Origin: a virus
Direction: 5' to 3' (one strand)
Virus record (IMG/VR): IMGVR_UViG_3300045988_122510
Location: 1 to 36,974 of that record
DNA length: 36,974 bases
Within the stretch, counting starts at the first letter, position 1, and every line of letters starts with the position of its first letter. The position numbers and the translations under genes are program-made. The notes beneath the pieces are model-generated. The model was given only the letters and a program-made list of their open reading frames with translations, ran no database searches and was not told the origin of the DNA. Positions 29,752-36,974 of this stretch are shown here, piece by piece.

Positions 29752-30042
29752 ATGGACAAAGCTATAATGAGTGAAGAAGCATTTAATGAGATAGTAGAAG
29801 GATTTGAACATATAAGGACTTTGACAGAATGGGGTAGTAAGAATATAAAACAACATATTCAAAGATTACAGCAAAAGAACGAAAGCTTAAAACAAGTATT
29901 AGATGAAATTGAAAAAATAATATTAAAAGCAACTACTGATGAAGAAACTGGTAAAGATTTAGGATATAGTGATAAAATTTCTTATGATGATTTATTAGAA
30001 ATAATACAAAAAGCAAAAGGAGATATTAAGAATGAAAATTAA
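29752..30042 (+). CDS. small coiled-coil protein related to the LQQ-N paralog family
   Basis: 96 aa with IQRLQQKNESLKQVLDEIEKI. Confidence 0.55.
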   Translation: MDKAIMSEEAFNEIVEGFEHIRTLTEWGSKNIKQHIQRLQQKNESLKQVLDEIEKIILKATTDEETGKDLGYSDKISYDDLLEIIQKAKGDIKNEN

Positions 30043-30136
30043 AATTATAGATTTGCTTAATAGAATAGCAGTTAATGAAGTAATTCCATATAGAATATAC
30101 TATAATGAAAATATTTATGAAAATGAGGAGAAATAA
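30032..30136 (+). CDS. tiny ORF (34 aa), not in the ORF track
   Basis: Translation is MKIKIIDLLNRIAVNEVIPYRIYYNENIYENEEK. The N-terminus resembles those of ORFs 1063 and 2131. Confidence 0.35.
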   Translation: MKIKIIDLLNRIAVNEVIPYRIYYNENIYENEEK

Positions 30137-30163
30137 ATATAATAGAAAGGAAACGATAAACAA

Positions 30164-30427
30164 ATGTTAAAGATTAAAGATAATACAAGTAAACAAGAAT
30201 TGCCTTATATGAATGCTACATTTTGGAATAATCAAAAAATAAAAGAAATTTTAATTAATATGAAATCAATAAGAAATGGAATTATTTATATAAACGATAT
30301 AACTGTTGATGAATATAACAAGAATACAAATCAAGTTTTTCCAAAATCAAATGCTAGTTTTGTAAGGCAAATAAGAAAATTAAATAAAGAAAATTATTTT
30401 GATATTTATGAAAATGAGGTTGATTAA
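30164..30427 (+). CDS. hypothetical protein
   Basis: 87 aa with SD AAAGGAAA. Confidence 0.55.
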   Translation: MLKIKDNTSKQELPYMNATFWNNQKIKEILINMKSIRNGIIYINDITVDEYNKNTNQVFPKSNASFVRQIRKLNKENYFDIYENEVD

Positions 30428-31825
30428 ATGAATCAAACAACAATATTCGATGTGTTGTATCCTAAATACAAAATAATAAAGCCAATTAGATTAATAGAAT
30501 TATTTTCAGGCTACGGAAGTCAATATTTAGCATTAAAATATCTAGGTGCAAATGTAAAACATTATAAAATTTGCGAATGGGCAACCAAAAGTATTCAAGC
30601 ATACAATGATTTACACATTCAAGATTATTTTGATTATTCTGGGGTTCTAAGTGATGATAATATTTTAAAAGTTTTGATAGAGTTAGGAGTTAGCATTAAT
30701 TATAATGAACCAGCAACCAAAGAACAATTAAAAAGGTTAGATTTTAGAAAAATATATAATAACATAATTGCAACAAATAATTTAGTTAATATTCAAAATG
30801 TCAAAGGTGAAGACTTTAGAATAGTTGACAAAGACCAATATGATTACATTATGACTTATTCATTTCCTTGCCAAGATTTATCACTTGCTGGTAAAGGCAA
30901 AGGCATGGCTGATACTTCGACTAGAAGCGGTATGTTATGGGAAGTTGAAAGAATATTAAATGAATTAAAAGAAACAAATAGTCTACCACAAATTTTGTTA
31001 ATGGAAAATGTTCCTCAAGTCCATGGCTCTGATAATGTGGAACATTTTAATAAATGGCAATTGGCATTAGAAAATATGGGATACAAAAATTATTTTCAAG
31101 ACCTCATAGCCACTGATTATGGAATACCACAAACAAGAAACAGATGTTTCATGGTTAGTATTCTTGGAGAATATTCATATACATTTCCAAAACCTATAAC
31201 ACTTGAATTAAAACTTAAAGATATGTTAGAAGATGAAGTTGATGAAAAATATTATTTGAGTGATAAAATGTTGAATTATTGTTTTGGAGTAAATCAAAAA
31301 GAAAGCAAGTTTCCTAGAAAAGAAAGGTTTTTACAAAGTTTAGAACAAACAAATGATAAATCTATTGCAACAACGATAACTACTAATGCAGGAAACAGAC
31401 CAACAGACAATTTTATTCAAGAACCATTGAAGAAAGAATTATGCAATAAACTAATAAAAGAAGGAGATATAATAAAACATAGTTATACTAATCAAATTTT
31501 AAATGGGAACAAAAAATGTGTAGAACAAACAAATGGTAACATGATAACTTTAACTACTAGAGGAGATTGTTATGGAGTATGCGTTGGAACTTATCAATAT
31601 GCAAAAAGTGATACTTTACAAACTACATCAAAAGAAGCAGTTTGTTATAATGATTTAAGAATAAGAAAATTAACACCTTTAGAGTGCTTTAGACTTATGG
31701 GGGTTAAAGATGAAGATTATTACAAAATAGCCAAAAATCAAAGTAATTCAAGTTTATATCATCTTGCAGGAGATAGTATAGTTGTAAATGTATTAATGGC
31801 GATATTTAAGGAGTTGATTAAATGA
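30428..31825 (+). CDS. DNA (cytosine-5) methyltransferase
   Basis: Motif I ELFSGYGSQ, motif IV SFPCQDLSLAGK, motif VI ENVPQV, motif VIII QTRNRCF, motif IX-like RKLTPLECFRLMG, and motif X GDSIVVNV. A ~170-aa variable region lies between motifs VIII and IX. Confidence 0.9.
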   Translation: MNQTTIFDVLYPKYKIIKPIRLIELFSGYGSQYLALKYLGANVKHYKICEWATKSIQAYNDLHIQDYFDYSGVLSDDNILKVLIELGVSINYNEPATKEQLKRLDFRKIYNNIIATNNLVNIQNVKGEDFRIVDKDQYDYIMTYSFPCQDLSLAGKGKGMADTSTRSGMLWEVERILNELKETNSLPQILLMENVPQVHGSDNVEHFNKWQLALENMGYKNYFQDLIATDYGIPQTRNRCFMVSILGEYSYTFPKPITLELKLKDMLEDEVDEKYYLSDKMLNYCFGVNQKESKFPRKERFLQSLEQTNDKSIATTITTNAGNRPTDNFIQEPLKKELCNKLIKEGDIIKHSYTNQILNGNKKCVEQTNGNMITLTTRGDCYGVCVGTYQYAKSDTLQTTSKEAVCYNDLRIRKLTPLECFRLMGVKDEDYYKIAKNQSNSSLYHLAGDSIVVNVLMAIFKELIK

Positions 31826-32286
31826 TTTTGTTTTGCGACACTAGGCAACAAAAAGGAAAACATAAACTTAAAGAAGAATACTTTGAAAGCCAAGGAATAG
31901 AAATTATAAGAACGAAACTACCATATGGCGACTATTCCACACCACAAAACCCTAATATTGCAATAGATACTAAGAAAGATATTCAAGAATTAATTGGAGA
32001 TTTGACCAAAGACCATGAAAGATTTAAACGGGAACTTCAACTTGCTAAAAAATGCGGCGCAAAACTTATTATTCTCGTAGAAGATGAAGAAGTCACACGC
32101 ATAGATGATCTCTACTTATGGTATAACTGGCGTCTCAAAAATAATCCAAGAGCAACTAAAGGCCGCACACTTGCTAAAATCCTTCATACTATTCAAGCAG
32201 ATAATGAGAATTATTGTTGTGAATTCATGTTTACAAAAAAATCAGAATGTGGAGCTAAAATTGTGGAATTACTTTCGAAAAAGTAA
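31822..32286 (+). CDS. ERCC4/XPF-fold PD-(D/E)XK nuclease (probable structure-specific endonuclease)
   Basis: ILFCDTRQ...LPYGDYS...IAIDTKKDIQELIGDL...ERFKRELQ...GAKLIILVED follows the ERCC4 layout, with DTK in place of ERK. ATGA overlap with the methyltransferase. Confidence 0.55.
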   Translation: MILFCDTRQQKGKHKLKEEYFESQGIEIIRTKLPYGDYSTPQNPNIAIDTKKDIQELIGDLTKDHERFKRELQLAKKCGAKLIILVEDEEVTRIDDLYLWYNWRLKNNPRATKGRTLAKILHTIQADNENYCCEFMFTKKSECGAKIVELLSKK

Positions 32287-32298
32287 TTCTTTTGGCAT

Positions 32299-32327
32299 TT
32301 TACTTTTGACAAATCTTATGGTATAAT
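32299..32327 (+). promoter_or_regulatory. promoter with an extended -10
   Basis: TTTACT, 17 nt, TGgTATAAT. Confidence 0.5.
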
Positions 32328-32360
32328 TTACAAAGAGAGATAATATTTTAGGAGGAATAT

Positions 32361-32750
32361 ATGGCAAAACTGGAAATTGATGCAAGATTACTTGAGCCTG
32401 AAGGCGAAAGCCCAATAACTGAAAACTTTAACAGAGTTATGAAATTTATTGATAATGGTGGAACAGGTAATGGAGCAGAAAAAACACAAGTTGACTTTAA
32501 TGCAACTTTGGAAAACAATGTTATAACTTGCGTATTAGATGAAAGTGTATCAGCAATGACTGGTGCCAACTTACATTTAGGAATATCAAATAGCAAGTTA
32601 AAAAGTGGCACAATAGTTATTTGCACTAGCAACTACGAAAACAACGGAACAACATATAGCAAAGGGCATCAATACCTAATAACAAGTGAGTTTGTTAGTG
32701 GAGAATTAATTCTTAGCTCAGAAGATATTACTGTTGTTCAAACTGCATAA
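32361..32750 (+). CDS. hypothetical protein
   Basis: 129 aa with a strong SD (TAGGAGG). It lies just upstream of terS. Confidence 0.55.
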   Translation: MAKLEIDARLLEPEGESPITENFNRVMKFIDNGGTGNGAEKTQVDFNATLENNVITCVLDESVSAMTGANLHLGISNSKLKSGTIVICTSNYENNGTTYSKGHQYLITSEFVSGELILSSEDITVVQTA

Positions 32751-32764
32751 AAAGAGGTGAAAAT

Positions 32765-33142
32765 ATGGGAGGGGTAGGAAGACCTAGAGCATTTAAAAGT
32801 GTTGAAGAGGTAGAGGAAAAAATAAATGCCTACTTCAACTATTGTGAAGAAAAAGAAAAACCTTACACAATGAGTGGGCTTGCTTATTATTTAGGAATAG
32901 ATAGAAAAACATTATTAAATTATTCTAAAAATGAAGAATATTTCCACGCTATAAAAAAAGCACGCGATAAAGTTCAGATGCAACTCGAAGAATGCTTGTA
33001 TCGCTTGGGCAATAATTCTGGAGTAATTTTCAACTTAAAAAATAATTTTGATTGGAAAGATAAAATGGAAGCTGAAAAAACTGATATGACAAAAGTTGAT
33101 GAATTGTTAAAGGAAATAAAAGACAATGCTTCTAACGAGTAA
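32765..33142 (+). CDS. terS: terminase small subunit
   Basis: GRPRAFKSVEEVEEKINAYFNYCEEKEKPYTMSGLAYYLGIDRKTLLNY is the typical TerS HTH N-terminus. It lies upstream of terL. Confidence 0.8.
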   Translation: MGGVGRPRAFKSVEEVEEKINAYFNYCEEKEKPYTMSGLAYYLGIDRKTLLNYSKNEEYFHAIKKARDKVQMQLEECLYRLGNNSGVIFNLKNNFDWKDKMEAEKTDMTKVDELLKEIKDNASNE

Positions 33143-34430
33143 ACAAAAAGAATTTATTAATAACGGAAATCATCGTTTTAATATAAAAATTGGGGCGACA
33201 CGTTCTGGAAAGACTTATCTTGATATTTTATATACAATAGCAAGTAGAATACGAGAAAGGGCTGGTAAACACGGCTTAAATGTTATTCTAGGAGTTACTA
33301 ATTCAACAATAGAGCGAAATGTATTACAGCCTATGCGTGAAATTTATGGTGATGATTTAATAAGCACTATTAATTCACAAAATATAGCCAAGTTGTTTGG
33401 CGAAGATGTTTATTGTTTAGGTGCTGAAAAAGTAAGCCAAGTGTCTAAAATTCGTGGTGCTAGTATTAAGTATTGTTATTGTGATGAGTTGGCTGAATAT
33501 AATCAAGAAGTATTTGAATTATTAAAATCAAGACTTGATAAACCTTATTCGGTAGTAGACGCAACACTTAACCCTGCAAGCGAAAATCATTGGTTAAAAA
33601 CTGATTTTTTAGACACAATCGAAGAAAAAGACATAGATGCTTATGTTCAAACGTATACGATATTTGATAACGAGTTTTTGTCAAAAGAATTTGTTAATAA
33701 TCTTTGCAAAGAATATGAAGGAACAGTTTATTATGACAGATATATTTTAGGAAAATGGTGTAATGCTGAAGGACTTATTTATAAGAAATTTGCAAATAAT
33801 CCCGAACGATATGGTATGGATTATCAATGCGAATATAAACTTGTTAACGGTAAACAAAAATGGGTTGATAATTTGCCCCTTGGTGAAACTATAATTGGTA
33901 TTGACTATGGAGGTACAAAATCAAGACAAGCATTTGTTTGTACTAGAATTGCTTATGATTATACTAAAGTAGTAACGATGGCAAGCACAAGAATAACTGA
34001 TGAATTAGATAGTAAGCAATTATTGGAAAAACAAATGGAATTTATAGAATATTGCAGAAATAAATTTCACTGCAATATAGACTGTATTTACCCAGATAAC
34101 GAGGAGAGCGTTCATATACGAAGTTTAGATAATGCTGTTCGCGAGCGAGGCTGGAATACTGTTGTTAGAGGTAGTCGAAAACACCCTGTGAATGACCGAA
34201 TAGAAGCTCAAAATAAAATGTTGGCATTTGATATATGGAAATATCTTAATGGCGAATGCGATAGTCTTGTTAAAGCTATGAAAACAGCTATGTGGGATGA
34301 TAACAAACTAGAAGATACTAGATTAGATGATTTTAGTACTGATATAGACTCGATGGATGCGTATGAATATTCTATAGAACGTGATATGAAAAGAATAATA
34401 GATGCAATTGATTATGAGGAGGTTATGTGA
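33126..34430 (+). CDS. terL: terminase large subunit
   Basis: Walker A IGATRSGKT, Walker B-like CYCDELAE, and a C-terminal nuclease half with IGIDYGG. 434 aa. Confidence 0.9.
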   Translation: MLLTSKQKEFINNGNHRFNIKIGATRSGKTYLDILYTIASRIRERAGKHGLNVILGVTNSTIERNVLQPMREIYGDDLISTINSQNIAKLFGEDVYCLGAEKVSQVSKIRGASIKYCYCDELAEYNQEVFELLKSRLDKPYSVVDATLNPASENHWLKTDFLDTIEEKDIDAYVQTYTIFDNEFLSKEFVNNLCKEYEGTVYYDRYILGKWCNAEGLIYKKFANNPERYGMDYQCEYKLVNGKQKWVDNLPLGETIIGIDYGGTKSRQAFVCTRIAYDYTKVVTMASTRITDELDSKQLLEKQMEFIEYCRNKFHCNIDCIYPDNEESVHIRSLDNAVRERGWNTVVRGSRKHPVNDRIEAQNKMLAFDIWKYLNGECDSLVKAMKTAMWDDNKLEDTRLDDFSTDIDSMDAYEYSIERDMKRIIDAIDYEEVM

Positions 34431-35830
34431 TGTTAAAAACTTTGTTTAATTGGATTTTAAAAACATTATTTGGAGTAACTACTGAAACGAATAATGTTGA
34501 AATGACAATGAACGACAAATTTGCTCAAGAATATAGAGCAATTGATGAAATTAATTTTACGAGTATATTTGCAAATAAACTAGCAAATTTTACAGTAAGT
34601 GATAGTACGGCTAATATAGTAGGAAATAACAAACGAACTCAAATGCTTACTGATACTTTAAATTTAGTCATGACTAAAGGCAAAAAAATAGTTGGTATGC
34701 AGTTGGGGTATGGGGGTGTATGTATCGTACCATATATTGACAAGGGACAATTATTGTATACACTTGTCGAGCAAGACAGACTTACAATTGACCAAATAAG
34801 TGGCGATAAAATTACTGGTGCTACATTATTAGCAGAGCAAAAAACAATTACAAGTGGCTCTATAAGCAATACATATTTTAGATGGGTAAATTATAGAATT
34901 GAAAACAATGTAATTATAATGCGACAAAAATACACTGACCAGCAAGGAAGCGAAATTGATGTTAATTTAATTCCCGAATGGGCTACCATTAATCCAGAAG
35001 AAAGAATAATGAATGTTGATAGAGTTTTATTTGGTTATAGTAAATCACCTGTTAATAATAGAATCGGAAATGACAAATATGGGGTTCCTGTTACATTTGG
35101 ATGCGAACATACAATTTCTGAAATAAAAGATTGTTTAAAACAAATTGCTCGTGAATTTGCATTAAAAGAAGCCTTTGTAGGCGTTGACGAGAGAATGTTC
35201 GGCAAAGATAGTCAAGGGCGTCCTAAATTACCTAGAAATGGTTTATTTAGAACATTTAAAAGTGACAGCGACACGGATTTTTTTCAAGAATTTAGTCCGG
35301 CAATAAGGGAAAGTTCTTATTATGCTAGATTAGAAGAGCTATATACAAGACTTGAAAAAGAAGTTGGTGTTAGTAAGGGCTTTTTGACTGATATGGACAG
35401 TTCAAATGCAACTGCTACTGAAATTAGAAGAGCTATGTATGATACTTTTACTTTAGTTAATGATATTCGTAAAAACTTTGAAAAAGGTATAGAAGATTTT
35501 ATTTATGCTTGTAATGTGCTGGCAAATAGATATAATCTAAGCCCTTTAGGCGATTATGAATTGGCATTTAATTGGGATTATTCATTGTTAACTGACACTC
35601 AAGAGGAATTTAATCATTATATTCAAGGCGTTAGCCAGGGTGTTATTTCTAAGGCTGAGTTGAGGAATTGGATTATTCCAAATGAAACAATTGAGGAAAG
35701 CAAAAAAGCAATTGAAGAAATAGAAAATGAAACACCAAACATAGATGAATTGCTTAATAATAGTTCTCAAAGCGATGAAGATTTTGGTGGCAAGAAAGAG
35801 GTAAATGATGAAAAGAATAACAATAAATAG
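34430..35830 (+). CDS. portal protein (SPP1 gp6-like)
   Basis: ~466 aa, immediately after terL. ATG 34430 lies 6 nt after GAGGAGG. Acidic C-terminus. Confidence 0.8.
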   Translation: MLKTLFNWILKTLFGVTTETNNVEMTMNDKFAQEYRAIDEINFTSIFANKLANFTVSDSTANIVGNNKRTQMLTDTLNLVMTKGKKIVGMQLGYGGVCIVPYIDKGQLLYTLVEQDRLTIDQISGDKITGATLLAEQKTITSGSISNTYFRWVNYRIENNVIIMRQKYTDQQGSEIDVNLIPEWATINPEERIMNVDRVLFGYSKSPVNNRIGNDKYGVPVTFGCEHTISEIKDCLKQIAREFALKEAFVGVDERMFGKDSQGRPKLPRNGLFRTFKSDSDTDFFQEFSPAIRESSYYARLEELYTRLEKEVGVSKGFLTDMDSSNATATEIRRAMYDTFTLVNDIRKNFEKGIEDFIYACNVLANRYNLSPLGDYELAFNWDYSLLTDTQEEFNHYIQGVSQGVISKAELRNWIIPNETIEESKKAIEEIENETPNIDELLNNSSQSDEDFGGKKEVNDEKNNNK

Positions 35831-36275
35831 TGAAGATAGAAATTTAAATAGATCAAGTATCGTAGTTGGTTATCTAGAAGAAAACAGAGCAGAAAAAATA
35901 AAATTCGATATTCCAGAAGAATACAAAGATTTTAGTAAAAAAGCTTGTTTCAAATCCCAAGATAAAACATTTGTCAAAATCTTTGACGATGTTGTTAGCG
36001 ATACTTTAACATTTACTAGTGACATTACTAAATACAGTGATTTAGATATGACAATTGTTTTTTTCAAGCAAGACAATGAAGATGAAATAATTGCTAAAAC
36101 CTCAAAATTGCATATAAAAATAAAAGATGCTATTATATGTGACGATGACGTACAGCCAGATGAGCCCAAGGTTATCTTATTAGACCAATTAATAGAGACA
36201 GTTACTCAAAAAATAAATGAAGTCAATAACTTAGATGTTAAAGGCGAAAGAGTAAAATCTTTCTTTTTTTATTGA
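35805..36275 (+). CDS. hypothetical protein (beta-rich N-terminal part, short coiled coil)
   Basis: 156 aa with SD AGAGGT. There is a loose BppU-N-like pattern, ITINSEDRNLNRSSIVVGYLEEN, and it is not firm. Confidence 0.5.
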   Translation: MMKRITINSEDRNLNRSSIVVGYLEENRAEKIKFDIPEEYKDFSKKACFKSQDKTFVKIFDDVVSDTLTFTSDITKYSDLDMTIVFFKQDNEDEIIAKTSKLHIKIKDAIICDDDVQPDEPKVILLDQLIETVTQKINEVNNLDVKGERVKSFFFY

Positions 36276-36300
36276 TTTTTAAATAATTATATTATATAAT
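36272..36300 (+). promoter_or_regulatory. sigma-A type promoter heading the small-ORF operon
   Basis: TTGATT, 17 nt, TATAAT. Confidence 0.6.
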
Positions 36301-36326
36301 TAAATAAAGAAAGGAGATAAAAGGAT

Positions 36327-36470
36327 ATGAAAAAAATAAAAACGATTAATATTGATGAAAAAATTTACAAAGAGTTTCAAATGTATGCAATTATGATTAA
36401 TAAAAGTGTATCATCATTAATAGAACAATTTATGAGAGAAACACTTAAAGAAATTAAAAAAGAGAAATAA
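36327..36470 (+). CDS. ribbon-helix-helix (CopG/Arc-like) protein, 47 aa, not in the ORF track
   Basis: SD AAAGGAG upstream. Translation is MKKIKTINIDEKIYKEFQMYAIMINKSVSSLIEQFMRETLKEIKKEK. Confidence 0.55.
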   Translation: MKKIKTINIDEKIYKEFQMYAIMINKSVSSLIEQFMRETLKEIKKEK

Positions 36471-36475
36471 GAATA

Positions 36476-36814
36476 ATGAATAAAGAAGAAATTTATAAAA
36501 GAATTATGGTATGTGAGAAGAAAGAAAGAGATTTTTTAGAAGCAGGAAATACTAGAACTGCTAATCGTTATCATAATGAAATTCAAAAATGGGAAAAATT
36601 ATTAAATCAATTAAATCCTAAAATGGAAAAAGAATTAAATGAATACAGAAGAGGTTATTACAAGCAAAAAGAAGTTATTGATAAAGCAATAAACGAATTA
36701 TCTATTTTAAAAAATATGATGTATAAACCAGAAACGAGAGAAGAAAATTTTGAAATTCAAAAAAAGCTATCTTCATTAATAAAAAGATTAAATAGTAAAG
36801 AGGTATCAGAATGA
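36476..36814 (+). CDS. small coiled-coil protein, paralog family (ends KEVSE)
   Basis: 112-aa ORF. Its 3' end, AAAGAGGTATCAGAATGA, has the same junction design as 420 and 1873. Confidence 0.55.
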   Translation: MNKEEIYKRIMVCEKKERDFLEAGNTRTANRYHNEIQKWEKLLNQLNPKMEKELNEYRRGYYKQKEVIDKAINELSILKNMMYKPETREENFEIQKKLSSLIKRLNSKEVSE

Positions 36815-36974
36815 ATGAACAAGATGTGTTAGGTGCATTTTTATTAGTTAATAATCCTATTGTATTGAGTGAAGAAGAAACAAAAGATGTTCAAAAAGCA
36901 ATTAAAAAATTACAACAAGAAATGAAAAAGGTTACAATTCAACAAAAAAAATTTATATTATATTTAGAAAATAT
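36811..36974 (+). CDS. 5' part of the junction-spanning small ORF (continues at 56..146)
   Basis: The ATG overlaps the upstream stop. It reads MNEQDVLGAFLLVNNPIVLSEEETKDVQKAIKKLQQEMKKVTIQQKKFILYLEN... with no stop before the window end. Confidence 0.55.
   Translation, partial: MNEQDVLGAFLLVNNPIVLSEEETKDVQKAIKKLQQEMKKVTIQQKKFILYLEN
36920..36974. repeat. second copy of the 55-bp terminal overlap
   Basis: Identical to bases 1-55. Confidence 0.95.

Noticed and set aside
31822-32286. The small nuclease as the restriction half of a type II R-M system with the upstream methyltransferase.
   Set aside because: The fold signature is ERCC4/XPF-like, which points to structure-specific nucleases. Its position at the end of the replication module, just ahead of the packaging genes, is where phage junction resolvases usually sit. 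It is kept only as a minor alternative in the findings.
32105-32326. A 73-aa ORF overlapping the 3' end of the ERCC4-like nuclease gene.
   Set aside because: It is in an alternative frame inside a supported gene and runs into the promoter of the next operon. It has no SD.

Overview
The window is a complete, circularly closed phage genome of about 36.9 kb once a 55-bp end overlap is removed. It is a visibly AT-rich, siphovirus-type tailed dsDNA phage, probably infecting a low-GC, spore-forming Gram-positive host. All credible genes are on the + strand. No integrase or repressor module is visible.

Circular gene order:
- terS, terL and portal (32765-35830).
- A promoter-headed operon of about 17 tiny coiled-coil or paralogous ORFs that starts with an RHH gene and crosses the contig junction (36272 to 3084).
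- A MuF/gp7-like head morphogenesis protein with a C-terminal extension (3085-4812).
- A promoter-to-terminator non-coding locus of about 0.8 kb (4814-5635).
- A Mu Com-like zinc finger and a structured leader.
- The scaffold gene, then a major capsid gene split by a group I intron that carries an HNH endonuclease.
- Connector, tail tube, chaperone, tape measure, tail tip and fibre genes.
- A holin, then a CHAP endolysin gene split by a second group I intron that carries an HNH-AP2 endonuclease.
- An accessory cluster of Q/N-rich, Cys-rich and BclA C-terminal-like proteins.
- tRNA-Cys and a candidate sRNA.
- An early/replication region: RHH, XRE, a RecB-like nuclease fused to Sak4, an SSB-like protein, and a replisome organiser with internal iterons.
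- A C5 DNA methyltransferase overlapping an ERCC4-like nuclease.

The best candidate for something undescribed is the non-coding locus at 4814-5635. It holds three tandem paralogous RNA modules, each closed by a 24-29 bp helix. The non-Watson-Crick pairs in those helices are all G-U, so they only work as + strand RNA. One module carries tRNA-like D and T arms. Both intron splice sites are supported by P1/P10 pairing and by restoration of the reading frame.
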